From NCBI GenBank assembly GCA_963794105.1, contig CAWCEB010000142.1:75577-139576 (forward strand): a DNA stretch of 64,000 bases, given 5' to 3'. Position numbers and translations under genes: made by a program. Positions 20,349 through 33,551 of this stretch are shown piece after piece; positions within the stretch are counted from its first letter, which is position 1; each line of letters begins with the position of its first letter. The notes under the pieces were generated by a model. The model was given only the letters and a program-made list of their open reading frames with translations. It ran no database searches and was not told where the DNA came from. The stretch comes from an uncultured Actinomycetes bacterium. GTDB taxonomy: Bacteria; Actinomycetota; Thermoleophilia; Solirubrobacterales; Solirubrobacteraceae.

Positions 20349-20376
20349 GTACCCAGCCGGGCGTTTCGCAAGTTCC
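20349..20376 (-). promoter_or_regulatory. Candidate SigB-type promoter GGAAC-N17-GGGTAC upstream of the ferritin-like gene
   Basis: On the minus strand, GGAAC is at 20376..20372 and GGGTAC at 20354..20349, 10 nt before the ATG at 20338. The transcript would be near-leaderless. Confidence 0.3.
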
Positions 20377-20423
20377 CCTGCGCGCTTGGATGGTTTGCGC
20401 GCGCATGGGGGAGAATGTGTCGC

Positions 20424-21290
20424 ATGCCTCGATCCATCTGGACCGGCGCGATCAGCTTCGGCCTGGTCACGGTGCCCGTGAAGCTCTACAGCGCCGTGCA
20501 GCGCAAGAGCGTCCGCTTCCATCAGCTCAGCGGCAAGACCGGCGTGCGCATCCAGCAGAAGCGCGTCGATCCCACGACCGGTGACGAGGTGCCCTACGAG
20601 GAGATCGTCAAGGGCTACGAGATCGCGCCCGACCAGTACGTCGCTCATCGAGCCGCCGAGCTCGAGGCGCTCGATCCGAAGAAGACCAAGACGATCGAGA
20701 TCTCCGACTTCGTCGGGCTCGACGAGATCGACCCGATCTTCTACGACCACCCGTACTACCTCGCACCCGCGGCCGGCGGCGCCAAGCCCTACCGGCTGCT
20801 GTACGAGGCGATGGTCGAGACGCGCCGCGTCGCGATCGCCAAGGTCGTGATCCGCCAGAAGGAGAACCTCGTGGCGATCCGCCCGATGGAGGGCGGCGTC
20901 CTGGGCATGTCGACGATGATCTTCGCCGACGAGGTCGTCCCGCCCGACCGCCTCGACGACCTGCCCGACGACATCGAGACCACGAAGCAGGAGGTCGAGA
21001 TGGCGCGCATGCTGATCGACTCGCTCGCCGCCGACTTCGAGCCGTCCAAGTACGAGGACACCTACCGCGAGCAGGTCCTCGCGATGATCGAGCGCAAGGC
21101 CGAGGGCAAGGAGATCGCGGTCCAGCCCGCCACCGAGGAGGACGCCGCGCCGGTCCCCGACCTCATGGCCGCGCTGAAGGCCTCGCTCGACGCGGTGCAG
21201 AAGGACGGCAAGAAGAAGCCCGCCGCCAAGAAGGCGCCCGGCGAAGAAGAAGGCCGCGGCCAAGCGGTGAATCTGCCCTGCGCCGGGTAA
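20424..21290 (+). CDS. ku: Ku DNA end-binding protein (NHEJ); the extreme C-terminus may be in another frame (Lys-rich tail ending about 21269)
   Basis: MPRSIWTGAISFGLVTVPVKLYSAV.. and YEIAPDQYV... Confidence 0.9.
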   Translation: MPRSIWTGAISFGLVTVPVKLYSAVQRKSVRFHQLSGKTGVRIQQKRVDPTTGDEVPYEEIVKGYEIAPDQYVAHRAAELEALDPKKTKTIEISDFVGLDEIDPIFYDHPYYLAPAAGGAKPYRLLYEAMVETRRVAIAKVVIRQKENLVAIRPMEGGVLGMSTMIFADEVVPPDRLDDLPDDIETTKQEVEMARMLIDSLAADFEPSKYEDTYREQVLAMIERKAEGKEIAVQPATEEDAAPVPDLMAALKASLDAVQKDGKKKPAAKKAPGEEEGRGQAVNLPCAG

Positions 21291-21303
21291 GCCCACCCGG
21301 CGC

Positions 21304-22376
21304 ATGGCTCAGCGACTTCGCAAATCCGACTGCACGGGACCCGGCATCGCCCGCCGCCGGCGCGGCAAGGGGTTCGAGTACCTGGACGCGGACGGCGAGC
21401 GCGTCACCGACCGCGAGGTCCTGGACCGGATCAACGAGCTGGTGATCCCGCCGGCCTGGGAGGACGTCTGGATCTGCCCGTACCCCGGCGGCCACATCCA
21501 GGCCACCGGAGTCGACGACCGCGGGCGCAAGCAGTACCTGTACCACCCGCGCTGGCGTGAGCGCCAGGACCAGAAGAAGTTCGACGACATGGTCGTGTTC
21601 GCCCGTGCGCTGCCCGCCCTGCGCGAGCGCGTCGCGGCGCGACCTCGCCGGCGACGAGCTCGACCGCGACCACGTCCTCGCATGCGCGGTGCGGCTGCTG
21701 GACCGCGGCTTCTTCCGGATCGGCTCCGAGGACTACGCCGTCACGAACGAGACGTACGGGCTCGCGACCATGCGCAAGCGCCACGCCGTGGTGGAGGGCG
21801 ACACCCTGCTGTTCGACTACCCGGCCAAGAGCGGCAAGCGCCGCGTGCAGGCCGTGATCGACCCGGAGATCGCCGACACGATCCAGCGCCTCAAGCAGCG
21901 CCGTGGCGGGGGCGACGAGCTGCTGGCGTTCAAGCGCGGCGGCCGCTGGGCGGACGTGCGCTCGCTCGACATCAACACCTACCTCAAGGAAGCGACAGGG
22001 CTCGACGATCTCCGCCAAGGACTTCCGCACCTGGGGCGCGACCGTGATGGCGGCGATCGCACTGGCGAGTCGCGGGACCGGCCGCGGCGCACCAAGACCG
22101 GGCGCAAGCGAGCGATCACGCGGGCCGTGAAGGAGGTCGCCTACTACCTGGGCAACACGCCCGCGGTCGCGCGCGCGTCATACATCGACCCGCGGGTGTT
22201 CGACCGCTACCGCGACGGCGTCGTGATCGCGGTGTCACGACCTCGAGCACGAGCCCGACGAGACCGCGATCCAGGGCGAGGTGGAGGAGGCGGTGCTCGA
22301 TCTCGTCACCGGCGGCGGCCATCGCACGACGCGCGGCCTGGACCGCGTCGAGGCGATCCAGCGAGCCGCCGCTTAG
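21304..22376 (+). pseudogene. DNA topoisomerase IB (poxvirus-type); about 3-4 frame breaks
   Basis: Motifs seen: GKGFEYLDADGERV, IPPAWEDVWICP, GHIQATGVDDRGRKQYLYH, FFRIGSEDY, SAKDFRTWGATV, RASYIDPRV (active-site Tyr context). It starts 13 nt after ku. Confidence 0.85.
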
Positions 22377-22747
22377 GAGGAAGCGGGCGCTTCGTCGGCG
22401 TCCAGCGCTGCGACGGCTTCGTCGCGCGTCGCGCTGATCGGGAAGATCTGGTCGAGGCCGGTGATCTCGAACGTCTTGGCGATGTTGTCGTCGACGTTGA
22501 CGATCGTGAGACGGCCGTCCCGGGAGCGCAGCCGCTTGACCGCGCCGATCAGGACGCCGAGGGCCGTCGAGTCCAGGAACGTCGTATCGGTGAGGTCGAC
22601 GACGATCCGGGTGTGACCCGACTCGATGGCCTCCGACAGCGCTGATTTGAGCTCGGGGGCCGTGAAGAGATCGATCTCGCCGCGCACGGCGACGATGTGG
22701 CGCTCTGCGTCGAGCGACTCTTGGCTGAGGCTGAACTCCGGTGGCAT
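22373..22747 (-). CDS. STAS-domain anti-sigma-factor antagonist (RsbV/SpoIIAA-like)
   Basis: IVAVRGEIDLFTAPELK..VVDLTDTTFLDSTALGVLI..ITGLDQIF. The phosphorylatable Ser context is DST. Confidence 0.9.
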   Translation of the reverse strand: MPPEFSLSQESLDAERHIVAVRGEIDLFTAPELKSALSEAIESGHTRIVVDLTDTTFLDSTALGVLIGAVKRLRSRDGRLTIVNVDDNIAKTFEITGLDQIFPISATRDEAVAALDADEAPASS

Positions 22748-22782
22748 GCCGTTCCTATTGTGATGATTTCAGTGCGCGAACG

Positions 22783-23187
22783 TCACGACGCGAACGAAAC
22801 GCGGATGCGCAGCTGTTCGCCGTGCTCGCCCGGGCTCTTGTCAACCTCGTCCGCGACGCGCTCCAGCACGTTGCCGACGCCAGGCAGCGTCGCGTCCGCG
22901 ACGAGTCCCTCGGTTCCCCCTTCGGCAAGCGACCGCACGATGATCTCCAGCGCCGAGTCGTCCGTGCGCACGACGACGCGAACGCGGTCGTCGGCGGAGA
23001 ACCGCGGGGCGTGCGCGGCGACGGCGTCGGTGATCAGCAGCGCGTCGTCGAGGCGGTCGATCGGACACTGCGCGCGCGCGGCGAGCATGCCGACGACACG
23101 GCCCAGGACAGCGCCGACGAGCGGGCCGCGGACGATCGCGACCTGCGCCTCGTTGGGCCCGGGCGCCGTGCTCGGCGTCTCGCTCAC
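22783..23187 (-). CDS. RsbW-related protein without recognisable ATP-lid or G boxes (degenerate anti-sigma kinase paralogue?)
   Basis: The GTG at 23187 overlaps the rsbW-like stop (GTGA). LDDALLITDAVAAHAPRF..VRVVVRTDDSALEIIVRS resembles the N-box and first strands of HATPase_c. No DxGxG or GxGxG motif follows. Confidence 0.5.
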   Translation of the reverse strand: MSETPSTAPGPNEAQVAIVRGPLVGAVLGRVVGMLAARAQCPIDRLDDALLITDAVAAHAPRFSADDRVRVVVRTDDSALEIIVRSLAEGGTEGLVADATLPGVGNVLERVADEVDKSPGEHGEQLRIRVSFAS

Positions 23188-23646
23188 GCGGCGGCCTCGG
23201 CGTCGGTCAGCAGGAAGGTCATGCGCACCTCGGTTCGCTCGTCGGGGCCCGTGCCGAGCTCGAGCGACTCCGCAAGCGTCGCGATCAGCGGCAGGCCGAG
23301 CCCGAGCCCGGGGCTGTCGGGCCGCGGCAGCATTCCGCGGCCCTCGTCGTGGACGACGACCGTCAGGCGATCGTCGCGCACCCATGCGCTGATCCCGAGC
23401 GGGCCCTCGCCATCGGGGTAGGCGTGGACGACGACGTTGGTGCACGCCTCGGTCACGGCGAGCTTGATGTCCGCCAGCGCCTGGTCCGGCGACGTCGAGC
23501 GCGTCGCCGAATCCGCCGAGCGCATGCCGAACGACCGCGACGTTCTCAGGGCGGGCGGGCAGCGTGAGCTCGAGGTCGGGGGTCACAGAATCGGCCATCA
23601 CATCACGATCCGGCGCATTGCCGGGATCGTCAGCCGTAGTGCCCAC
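23184..23646 (-). pseudogene. Anti-sigma factor serine kinase (RsbW/SpoIIAB-like); one frame break near 23500
   Basis: AAGGAG lies 6 nt before the GTG at 23646. Motifs seen: LTLPARPENVAVVRHALGGF, then LAVTEACTNVVVHAY (N box), HDEGRG (G1), GLGLGLPLI (G2) in ORF 23184..23525. Confidence 0.8.
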
Positions 23647-23803
23647 CGCCATCTCCTTCCATTCGCGCCGATCCTCGGGGCGCGGAGTCTAGTGCTCCGG
23701 CGCACGAACCCGTACTCGCGGGGTTCACCGTCGCGCGGGACCGTTCGCTACGCTTCCCGCTCCTTCCCCGCGCCCCCCGCGCCGCCGACCACGGGAGCGT
23801 TTC

Positions 23804-28302
<4,499 letters not shown>

Positions 28303-28303
<1 letters not shown>

Positions 28304-29850
28304 TGGGCGAGCTCGGCGGCTTCCTCAAGATCGAGCGCAGCAACGTCGCCTACCGCGACGCGCGCGAGCGCGCATCGGACCTGCGCGAGTTCCTCGTGTC
28401 CAAGAGCGTGCCCGAGCTCCAGCAGCAGGGCGCGCGGTGCATGGAGTGCGGCGTGCCGTTCTGCCACAACGGCTGCCCGCTGGGGAACCTGATCCCCGAT
28501 TGGAACGACCTCGTGTACCGCGATCGCTGGCAGGACGCGATCCGCCAGCTGCACGCGACCAACAACTTCCCCGAGTTCACCGGGCGCCTGTGCCCCGCGC
28601 CGTGCGAGGCCTCGTGCGTGCTCGAGATCAACGAGGGCGACGCCGTCACGATCAAGCAGATCGAGAACTCGATCATCGACCGCGCGTGGGCCGAGGGTTG
28701 GGTCAAGCCGCAACCGCCGACGGTCGAGACCGGCATGAGCGTCGCCGTCGTCGGCGCCGGCCCCGCCGGCATGGCCGCGGCGCAGCAGCTGCGCCGCGCC
28801 GGGCACGCGGTCGTGCTGTTCGAGCGCGACGAGGCCGCCGGCGGGCTCGTTCGCTTCGGCGTGCCGGAGTTCAAGATCGAGAAGGCCACCGTCGAGCGCC
28901 GCGTGCAGCAGCTCGCCGCCGAGGGGGTCGAGATCCGCTACGGCGTCGAGGTCGGCCGTCGACATCACGCCCGACGACCTGCGGGCGCAGTTCGACGCGG
29001 TCGTGCTCTGCGACCGGCTCGCGCTCGCCGCGCGACCTGCCGGTCCCCGGGCGCGAGCTGGACGGCATTCACTTCGCGATGGACTACCTCTACGAGCGCC
29101 AGCGCGCCGTCGACGGTGGCCGCGAGCACGGCGCCATCCGCGCGACCGGGAAGCACGTGATCGTGATCGGCGGCGGTGACACCGGCGCGGACTGCGTCGC
29201 CAACGCGACGCGCGAGGGCGCCGCCTCGGTCGTCCAGCTCGAGCTGCTCCCCGAGCCGCCGCTCCGCCGCCCCGACGACCGGACGCCGTGGCCGCTGTGG
29301 CCCGCGAAGTTCCGCCTGAGCTACGCGATGGAGGAGGCCCGCGCGCTCGGCAAGGGCGTGCAGAGCTTCTCGGTCGTCACGACGCACTTCGAGGCCGGCG
29401 ACGACGGCGCCGTGGGCTCCCTGCACTACGCCCACGCCCAGGACGCGCCGCCGTTCGGGCCGGTCGAGGGCACCGAGGATTCGATGCCCGCCCAGCTCGT
29501 GCTGCTGGCCATGGGCTTCCTGCATCCCGAGCAGGAGCTCGTCGACGGCCTGCGCCTGGCCAAGGATGCGCGCAACAACATCGCCGCGCCCGTCTACGAG
29601 ACCTCCGAGGAGGGCATCTTCGCCGCGGGCGACGCACGCCGTGGCCAGTCGCTGATCGTGTGGGCGATCAACGAGGGCCGCCAGGCCGCGCGGATGGCCG
29701 ACCGCTACCTGCGGGCCAAGGCGCCCGCGCCGGTCGAGACGGGCAACGTGCACGACGCGGACTTCGGCCCCGAGGGCCCGCCGCAGCACGTCACCGGCGC
29801 GCTCGTCGCCGAGGAGTATGCCGCGACTTTGGGTATCCCCTGTTGTTGTG
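28303..29850 (+). pseudogene. gltD: Glutamate synthase small subunit; frame break near 28960; no in-frame stop as given, so the 3' end is approximate
   Basis: The ATG overlaps the gltB stop (TGATG). Motifs seen: [45 protein letters not shown]. Confidence 0.9.
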
Positions 29851-29888
29851 AGGATGGGGGAACACCACAAGCAGGGAGAGGGCAGTCG

Positions 29889-30836
29889 ATGACACGACGG
29901 ATCCTGGCGGCCGGTGTGACGGCCGCGATCGCCATCGCGGCGCCGGCGGGCGCGGCTTCGAAGCCGACCGTGACGACGGGCGGCGCCTCGCAGATCACAC
30001 AGACATCGGCCACGCTCACGGGCAAGGTCAATCCGAACGGCGCGCGCACCACGTACTTCTTCCAATACGGCACGTCGAACCTCTACGGCTCGACGACGGG
30101 TCCGACCGATGCAGGCGCGGGCACGAACGCCAAGGCCGCCACGGCGGGGCTCACCGGCCTCGCGCCGTTCACGAAGTACCACTATCGGCTGGTCGCCGAA
30201 AACGCGCAGGGCAGGACGTTCGGCGGTGACAGGACCTTCACGACGAAGAAGCAGCCGCTGGGCTTCAGCCTGGCAGCGAATCCCAACCCAGCCACATGGG
30301 GGACCGGGGCGACGCTCTCGGGCCAGCTCACCGGGACGGGCAACGCCAACCGGACGGTGCAGCTGCAGCAGAAGGCGTTCCCGTACAGCACGAACTTCGT
30401 CAACACGGGCAACCCGCTGGTGACCGACGGCAACGGCAACTTCGGGTTCGCCGTTCCGCTGCTCACCGTGAACACCCAGTTCCGCGTCGTGACGGTCGGG
30501 ACGCCGAGGGCGACCAGCCCGGTCGTGATCGTCGGGTGCGCGGTGCGCGTCGGCGTCAAGACGAGCGCCACGCGCGTGCGGCGCGGCCATCGCGTGCGCT
30601 TCTCGGGCCATGTCACGCCGGCCAACGACGGTGCGCTGTTCGCGATCCAGCGCCTCCGCAAGGGCAACTGGATCACGGTCAAGGGCGGCTCGCTGCGCCA
30701 CGGCACCGTGACGTCCTCGCGGTATCGCAAGTCGTTGCGCGTCAGCCACTTCGGCAAGTACCGCGTCTTCGTCGGCGTGAACAACCAGAACACGTCCGGT
30801 GTGAGCCGGGAGGTTCGCCTGCGCCGCCGCGGGTAG
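29889..30836 (+). CDS. Secreted protein with fibronectin-III-like domain
   Basis: Signal peptide MTRRILAAGVTAAIAIAAPAGAAS. TTGGASQITQTSATLTGKVNPNGARTTYFFQYGTSNLYG..FTKYHYRLVAENAQG. GGGAGAGG RBS before the ATG. Confidence 0.7.
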   Translation: MTRRILAAGVTAAIAIAAPAGAASKPTVTTGGASQITQTSATLTGKVNPNGARTTYFFQYGTSNLYGSTTGPTDAGAGTNAKAATAGLTGLAPFTKYHYRLVAENAQGRTFGGDRTFTTKKQPLGFSLAANPNPATWGTGATLSGQLTGTGNANRTVQLQQKAFPYSTNFVNTGNPLVTDGNGNFGFAVPLLTVNTQFRVVTVGTPRATSPVVIVGCAVRVGVKTSATRVRRGHRVRFSGHVTPANDGALFAIQRLRKGNWITVKGGSLRHGTVTSSRYRKSLRVSHFGKYRVFVGVNNQNTSGVSREVRLRRRG

Positions 30837-30845
30837 ATTCCGGCG

Positions 30846-31127
30846 ATGCTCGGCTATCTCATCGCGCTGGCGATCGGGGGACTGATCGTCGGCGCGTTCG
30901 CGCGCCTCGCGCTCCCCGGCAAGGACCCGATGAGCATCCTGCAGACGATGCTCGTGGGCATCGCCGGCTCGTTCGCGGCCGGCCTGCTCGTCCGCGTGAT
31001 CTTCGGCGCGCACTACACCGCGGGCTTCCTGGCGTCGCTGGCGTGCTCGACCGTGATCGTCTACTTCATCCGCCGCAGCCGCGGCGGCGGCCTGACCGAC
31101 CCGGGCCGCCCGCCGTTGCAGCGCTGA
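30846..31127 (+). CDS. GlsB/YeaQ/YmgE (transglycosylase-associated) stress membrane protein
   Basis: MLGYLIALAIGGLIVGAFARLALPGKDPMSILQTMLVGIAGSFAAGLL. Confidence 0.85.
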   Translation: MLGYLIALAIGGLIVGAFARLALPGKDPMSILQTMLVGIAGSFAAGLLVRVIFGAHYTAGFLASLACSTVIVYFIRRSRGGGLTDPGRPPLQR

Positions 31128-31231
31128 CGCTTGGGCCGAGTGGCGTGCAGCGTTCAGTTCGGGCGTTGGTGGGGCGCGCGGCGGGGTTCGGGCGTCGAGG
31201 GAGAAGGGACCGGTGCGCCAGTGTTCGGCGT

Positions 31232-31270
31232 GGGCCCCGAGCGTCGTAACTATTACGACGTTGGGGGCCC
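31232..31270. repeat. 39-bp palindromic intergenic element, copy A (GGGCCCC..CGTCGTAA-CTA-TTACGACG..GGGGCCC)
   Basis: The outer GGGCCC arms and the inner 8-bp arms are self-complementary around an AT-rich centre. It has the same length, ends and AACTATT-like centre as the copies at 59219 and 59483. Confidence 0.7.
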
Positions 31271-31278
31271 GGGCGCGC

Positions 31279-31345
31279 GGGGACAAAAGGGTCAGACCCC
31301 AATGTCACGGGGGACAAAAGGGTCAGACCCCAATGTCACGGGGGG
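31279..31345. repeat. Tandem direct repeat, 2 units of about 31 bp (GGGGACAAAAGGGTCAGACCCCAATGTCAC), each an imperfect hairpin with loop TCAGA
   Basis: Unit 1 is 31279..31308 and unit 2 is 31309..31339, with a G-run tail. The core GGGTCAGACCCC recurs in the 47309 hairpin. Confidence 0.8.
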
Positions 31346-31547
31346 TCGGGCCGGCAGCCCGCGGCGCGGCCGGCACCTGACGCGACTTGGGCGGCATAGT
31401 TCGCGCATATAGCGACTTAGGCAGCCCAAGTGAGCGCCAGCGGTTCACCCCCTCCCTCAGTGACGGCAACCAGCGCGGAGCGCCCGCCCAAGCGAACGCG
31501 CTGCGCGCCACCAACGTGACGCAACGCCCGCAAAGCGACAGCAGGCC

Positions 31548-32690
31548 CTACAGCTGCGTCGTGTCCGTCTCGGCGCCGAGCAGGACCGCCCGGTGAGCTC
31601 GAGGGTCGGCGGCGCGACGAGCATGTGCTGCGCTGCCACCACGGCGTCGCGCCAGCGGCGCTGCAGCGTCATGCCGTCGTAGATCGCGCTGCCGCCTGCC
31701 AGGCCGCAGCGCGCCGGCAGCGACATCGGCGGCGGTCCGCGCGGCGTGCGTCGCGGCGATCCGCAGGCCCGCTCGGTGCGCGACCGTCATCGCGCCGTCC
31801 GCTTGTGCGGCCTCCCAGGCCTCGTCGACGGCGGCCAGCAGCCCGGCGCGGGCCGCGCGCAGCGCGCCCTGTGCGGCGGCGACGTCGGCCTGGACGGTTG
31901 CCCGCGCGGCGAGCGGACGGGTGCCGCCCGTCGGCGTCTTGCCGGCGGCGATGCCCACCAGGTCGTCGAGCGCGCCACGCGCGATGCCCAGCCCGCAGGC
32001 GGCGATCGCGATGGCCAGCAGGCCGAACAGCGGGAACGCGTACAGCGGGCCGGTCGCCGTCGGCGCGTCGGAGAAGACCGACGCGCTGCGACCGGCCGGG
32101 ACGAGGACGCGGTCCATCTCGATGTCGTGGCTGCCGGTCGCGCGCAGTCCCGCGACGTGCCACGTGTCGTGGATCACCACCTCCTCGCGGCGGGCGACCG
32201 CGAGCCGCGGCGCCGGCTCACCCTCGACGATCACGCCGCCCAGCAGCCAGGCGCAGTGCTCGCAGCCGCTCGCGAACGGCCAGCGCCCGGTCACCTCGAT
32301 GCCGCCGTCGACGCGGACGCCGCGCCCGCGTGGGGCGAACACGCCACCCGCGATCGACAGCGGATCGGCGAACAGCTCGCCGGCGTGCTCGGGCGGCAGG
32401 TAGCCGGCGAGCAGGCCCGACGTGGCACAGACCGCGACGAGCCAGCCCGCGGCGCCGTCGCCGCGGGCCAGCATCTCCACCGACTCGACCAGCTCCGCGG
32501 GCGGCGCCTCGAGCCCGCCCGCCGCCGCCGGCGCGAGCATGCGAAACAGCCCTGCCTCGGCCATCGCCGCGACGACCGGGGTGGCGAGCCGCCGATCACG
32601 TTCGCCTGCATCGGCGTGGTCGGCGGCGAGGACGGCGAGGGAGCGGGCGGCGGCGACGAGCTCGATCGCGCGAGCCTATCGCCGCCACAC
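31548..32690 (-). pseudogene. Acyl-CoA dehydrogenase-fold flavoprotein (monooxygenase-like subgroup possible); frame-shifted at both ends
   Basis: Motifs seen: MAEAGLFRMLAP.., TGRWPFASGCEHCAW, WHVAGLRATGSHDIEMD. The C-terminus GGSAIYDGMTLQRRWRDAVVAAQHMLV is in ORF 31457..31726. Confidence 0.7.
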
Positions 32691-32705
32691 CGCGCCAGAC
32701 CGCTT

Positions 32706-33509
32706 CTACGGGCCGATCCCGGCCGGCGCCTGCGAGCGGATCCACTCGCGCAGCGCGGTGTCGCCGACGCGCGCGTAGACGCCCGGCTTGCCGGGCTCGG
32801 CGCAGCCCTCGCCGAACGACGTCGCGCCGACGACGCGCAGCGCGCCCGCCGAGGTGTGGCCGAACATCGGGCCGCCCGAGTCGCCCTGGCACGTGTCGAC
32901 GCCGCCCTGCGGGAAGCCCGCGCAGATCATCGTCGTGGCGTCGAAGTCGCTGTATGCGCCCGAGCAGTAGGCGTCGGTCGTGATCGGCACGTTGGCCTCC
33001 TGCAGCGTCGATGGCGGTGTCGCCGCCCTCCGACGTCGTGCCCCAGCCCACGATCGTCTCGCTCGTCCCGGCGCCCAGAGCGCGGTCTCGCTCGTGCCGG
33101 ACACCGGCGTCGGCGCCTCGGCCGCATTGCGCGAGAGCTTGAGCAGCGTGATGTCGTAGCCCGAGGTCGCGAGGTAGCTCGGCTCGACGATCGCCTGCGA
33201 CACGGGCACCTGCTCACCCTGCGTGTCGGTGTGGCCGCCGATCCGGACGTCGATGAGCGGTGCGGGCCACGAGGCGGGCGTCGCGACCGCCGCACCGGTG
33301 ATCGAGCCGCAGTGGCCCGCGGTCAGGACCCAGTTGGGCGCGATCAGCGTGCCGGTGCACAGGAAGGACTGTCCGAGCGTGACGCGGGCGACGGAGGGAT
33401 ACGGGCCGGCATCGTGCCCGCCCACGATCGCCATGGACGACGCGGGCGCCAGCGCAAGCGCACAGCTCGCCGCGCCCAGCGCGAGGATGGTCTTGAGGGA
33501 ACGGTTCAT
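32706..33509 (-). pseudogene. Secreted trypsin-like (S1) serine protease; compensating indel pair about 32990-33090
   Basis: Signal peptide, then IVGG. Motifs seen: LTAGHC, DITLLKL, CQGDSGGPM. The segment VGWGTTSEGG is only readable in ORF 32596..33051. Confidence 0.85.
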
Positions 33510-33551
33510 AGGAGCGACAACGCGCCGCTCCTATGAACCTTGCGGCTAGCG

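Noticed and set aside
20385-20423. SigB-like promoter for ku (GGTTTG .. GGGAGAAT)
   Set aside because: The spacing between the GTTT and GGGA elements is only about 10-12 nt, shorter than the 14-17 nt of the other candidates. It was not reported as a feature.
31279-31345. Possible CRISPR array
   Set aside because: There are only two directly abutting repeat units, with no spacers. No cas genes occur anywhere in the window.
31131-31412. 93-aa ORF in the convergent spacer
   Set aside because: It merely reads through the palindromic and tandem repeats (..GQKGQTPMSRGTKGSDPNVTGG..). There is no RBS and no codon-bias signal that I could see.
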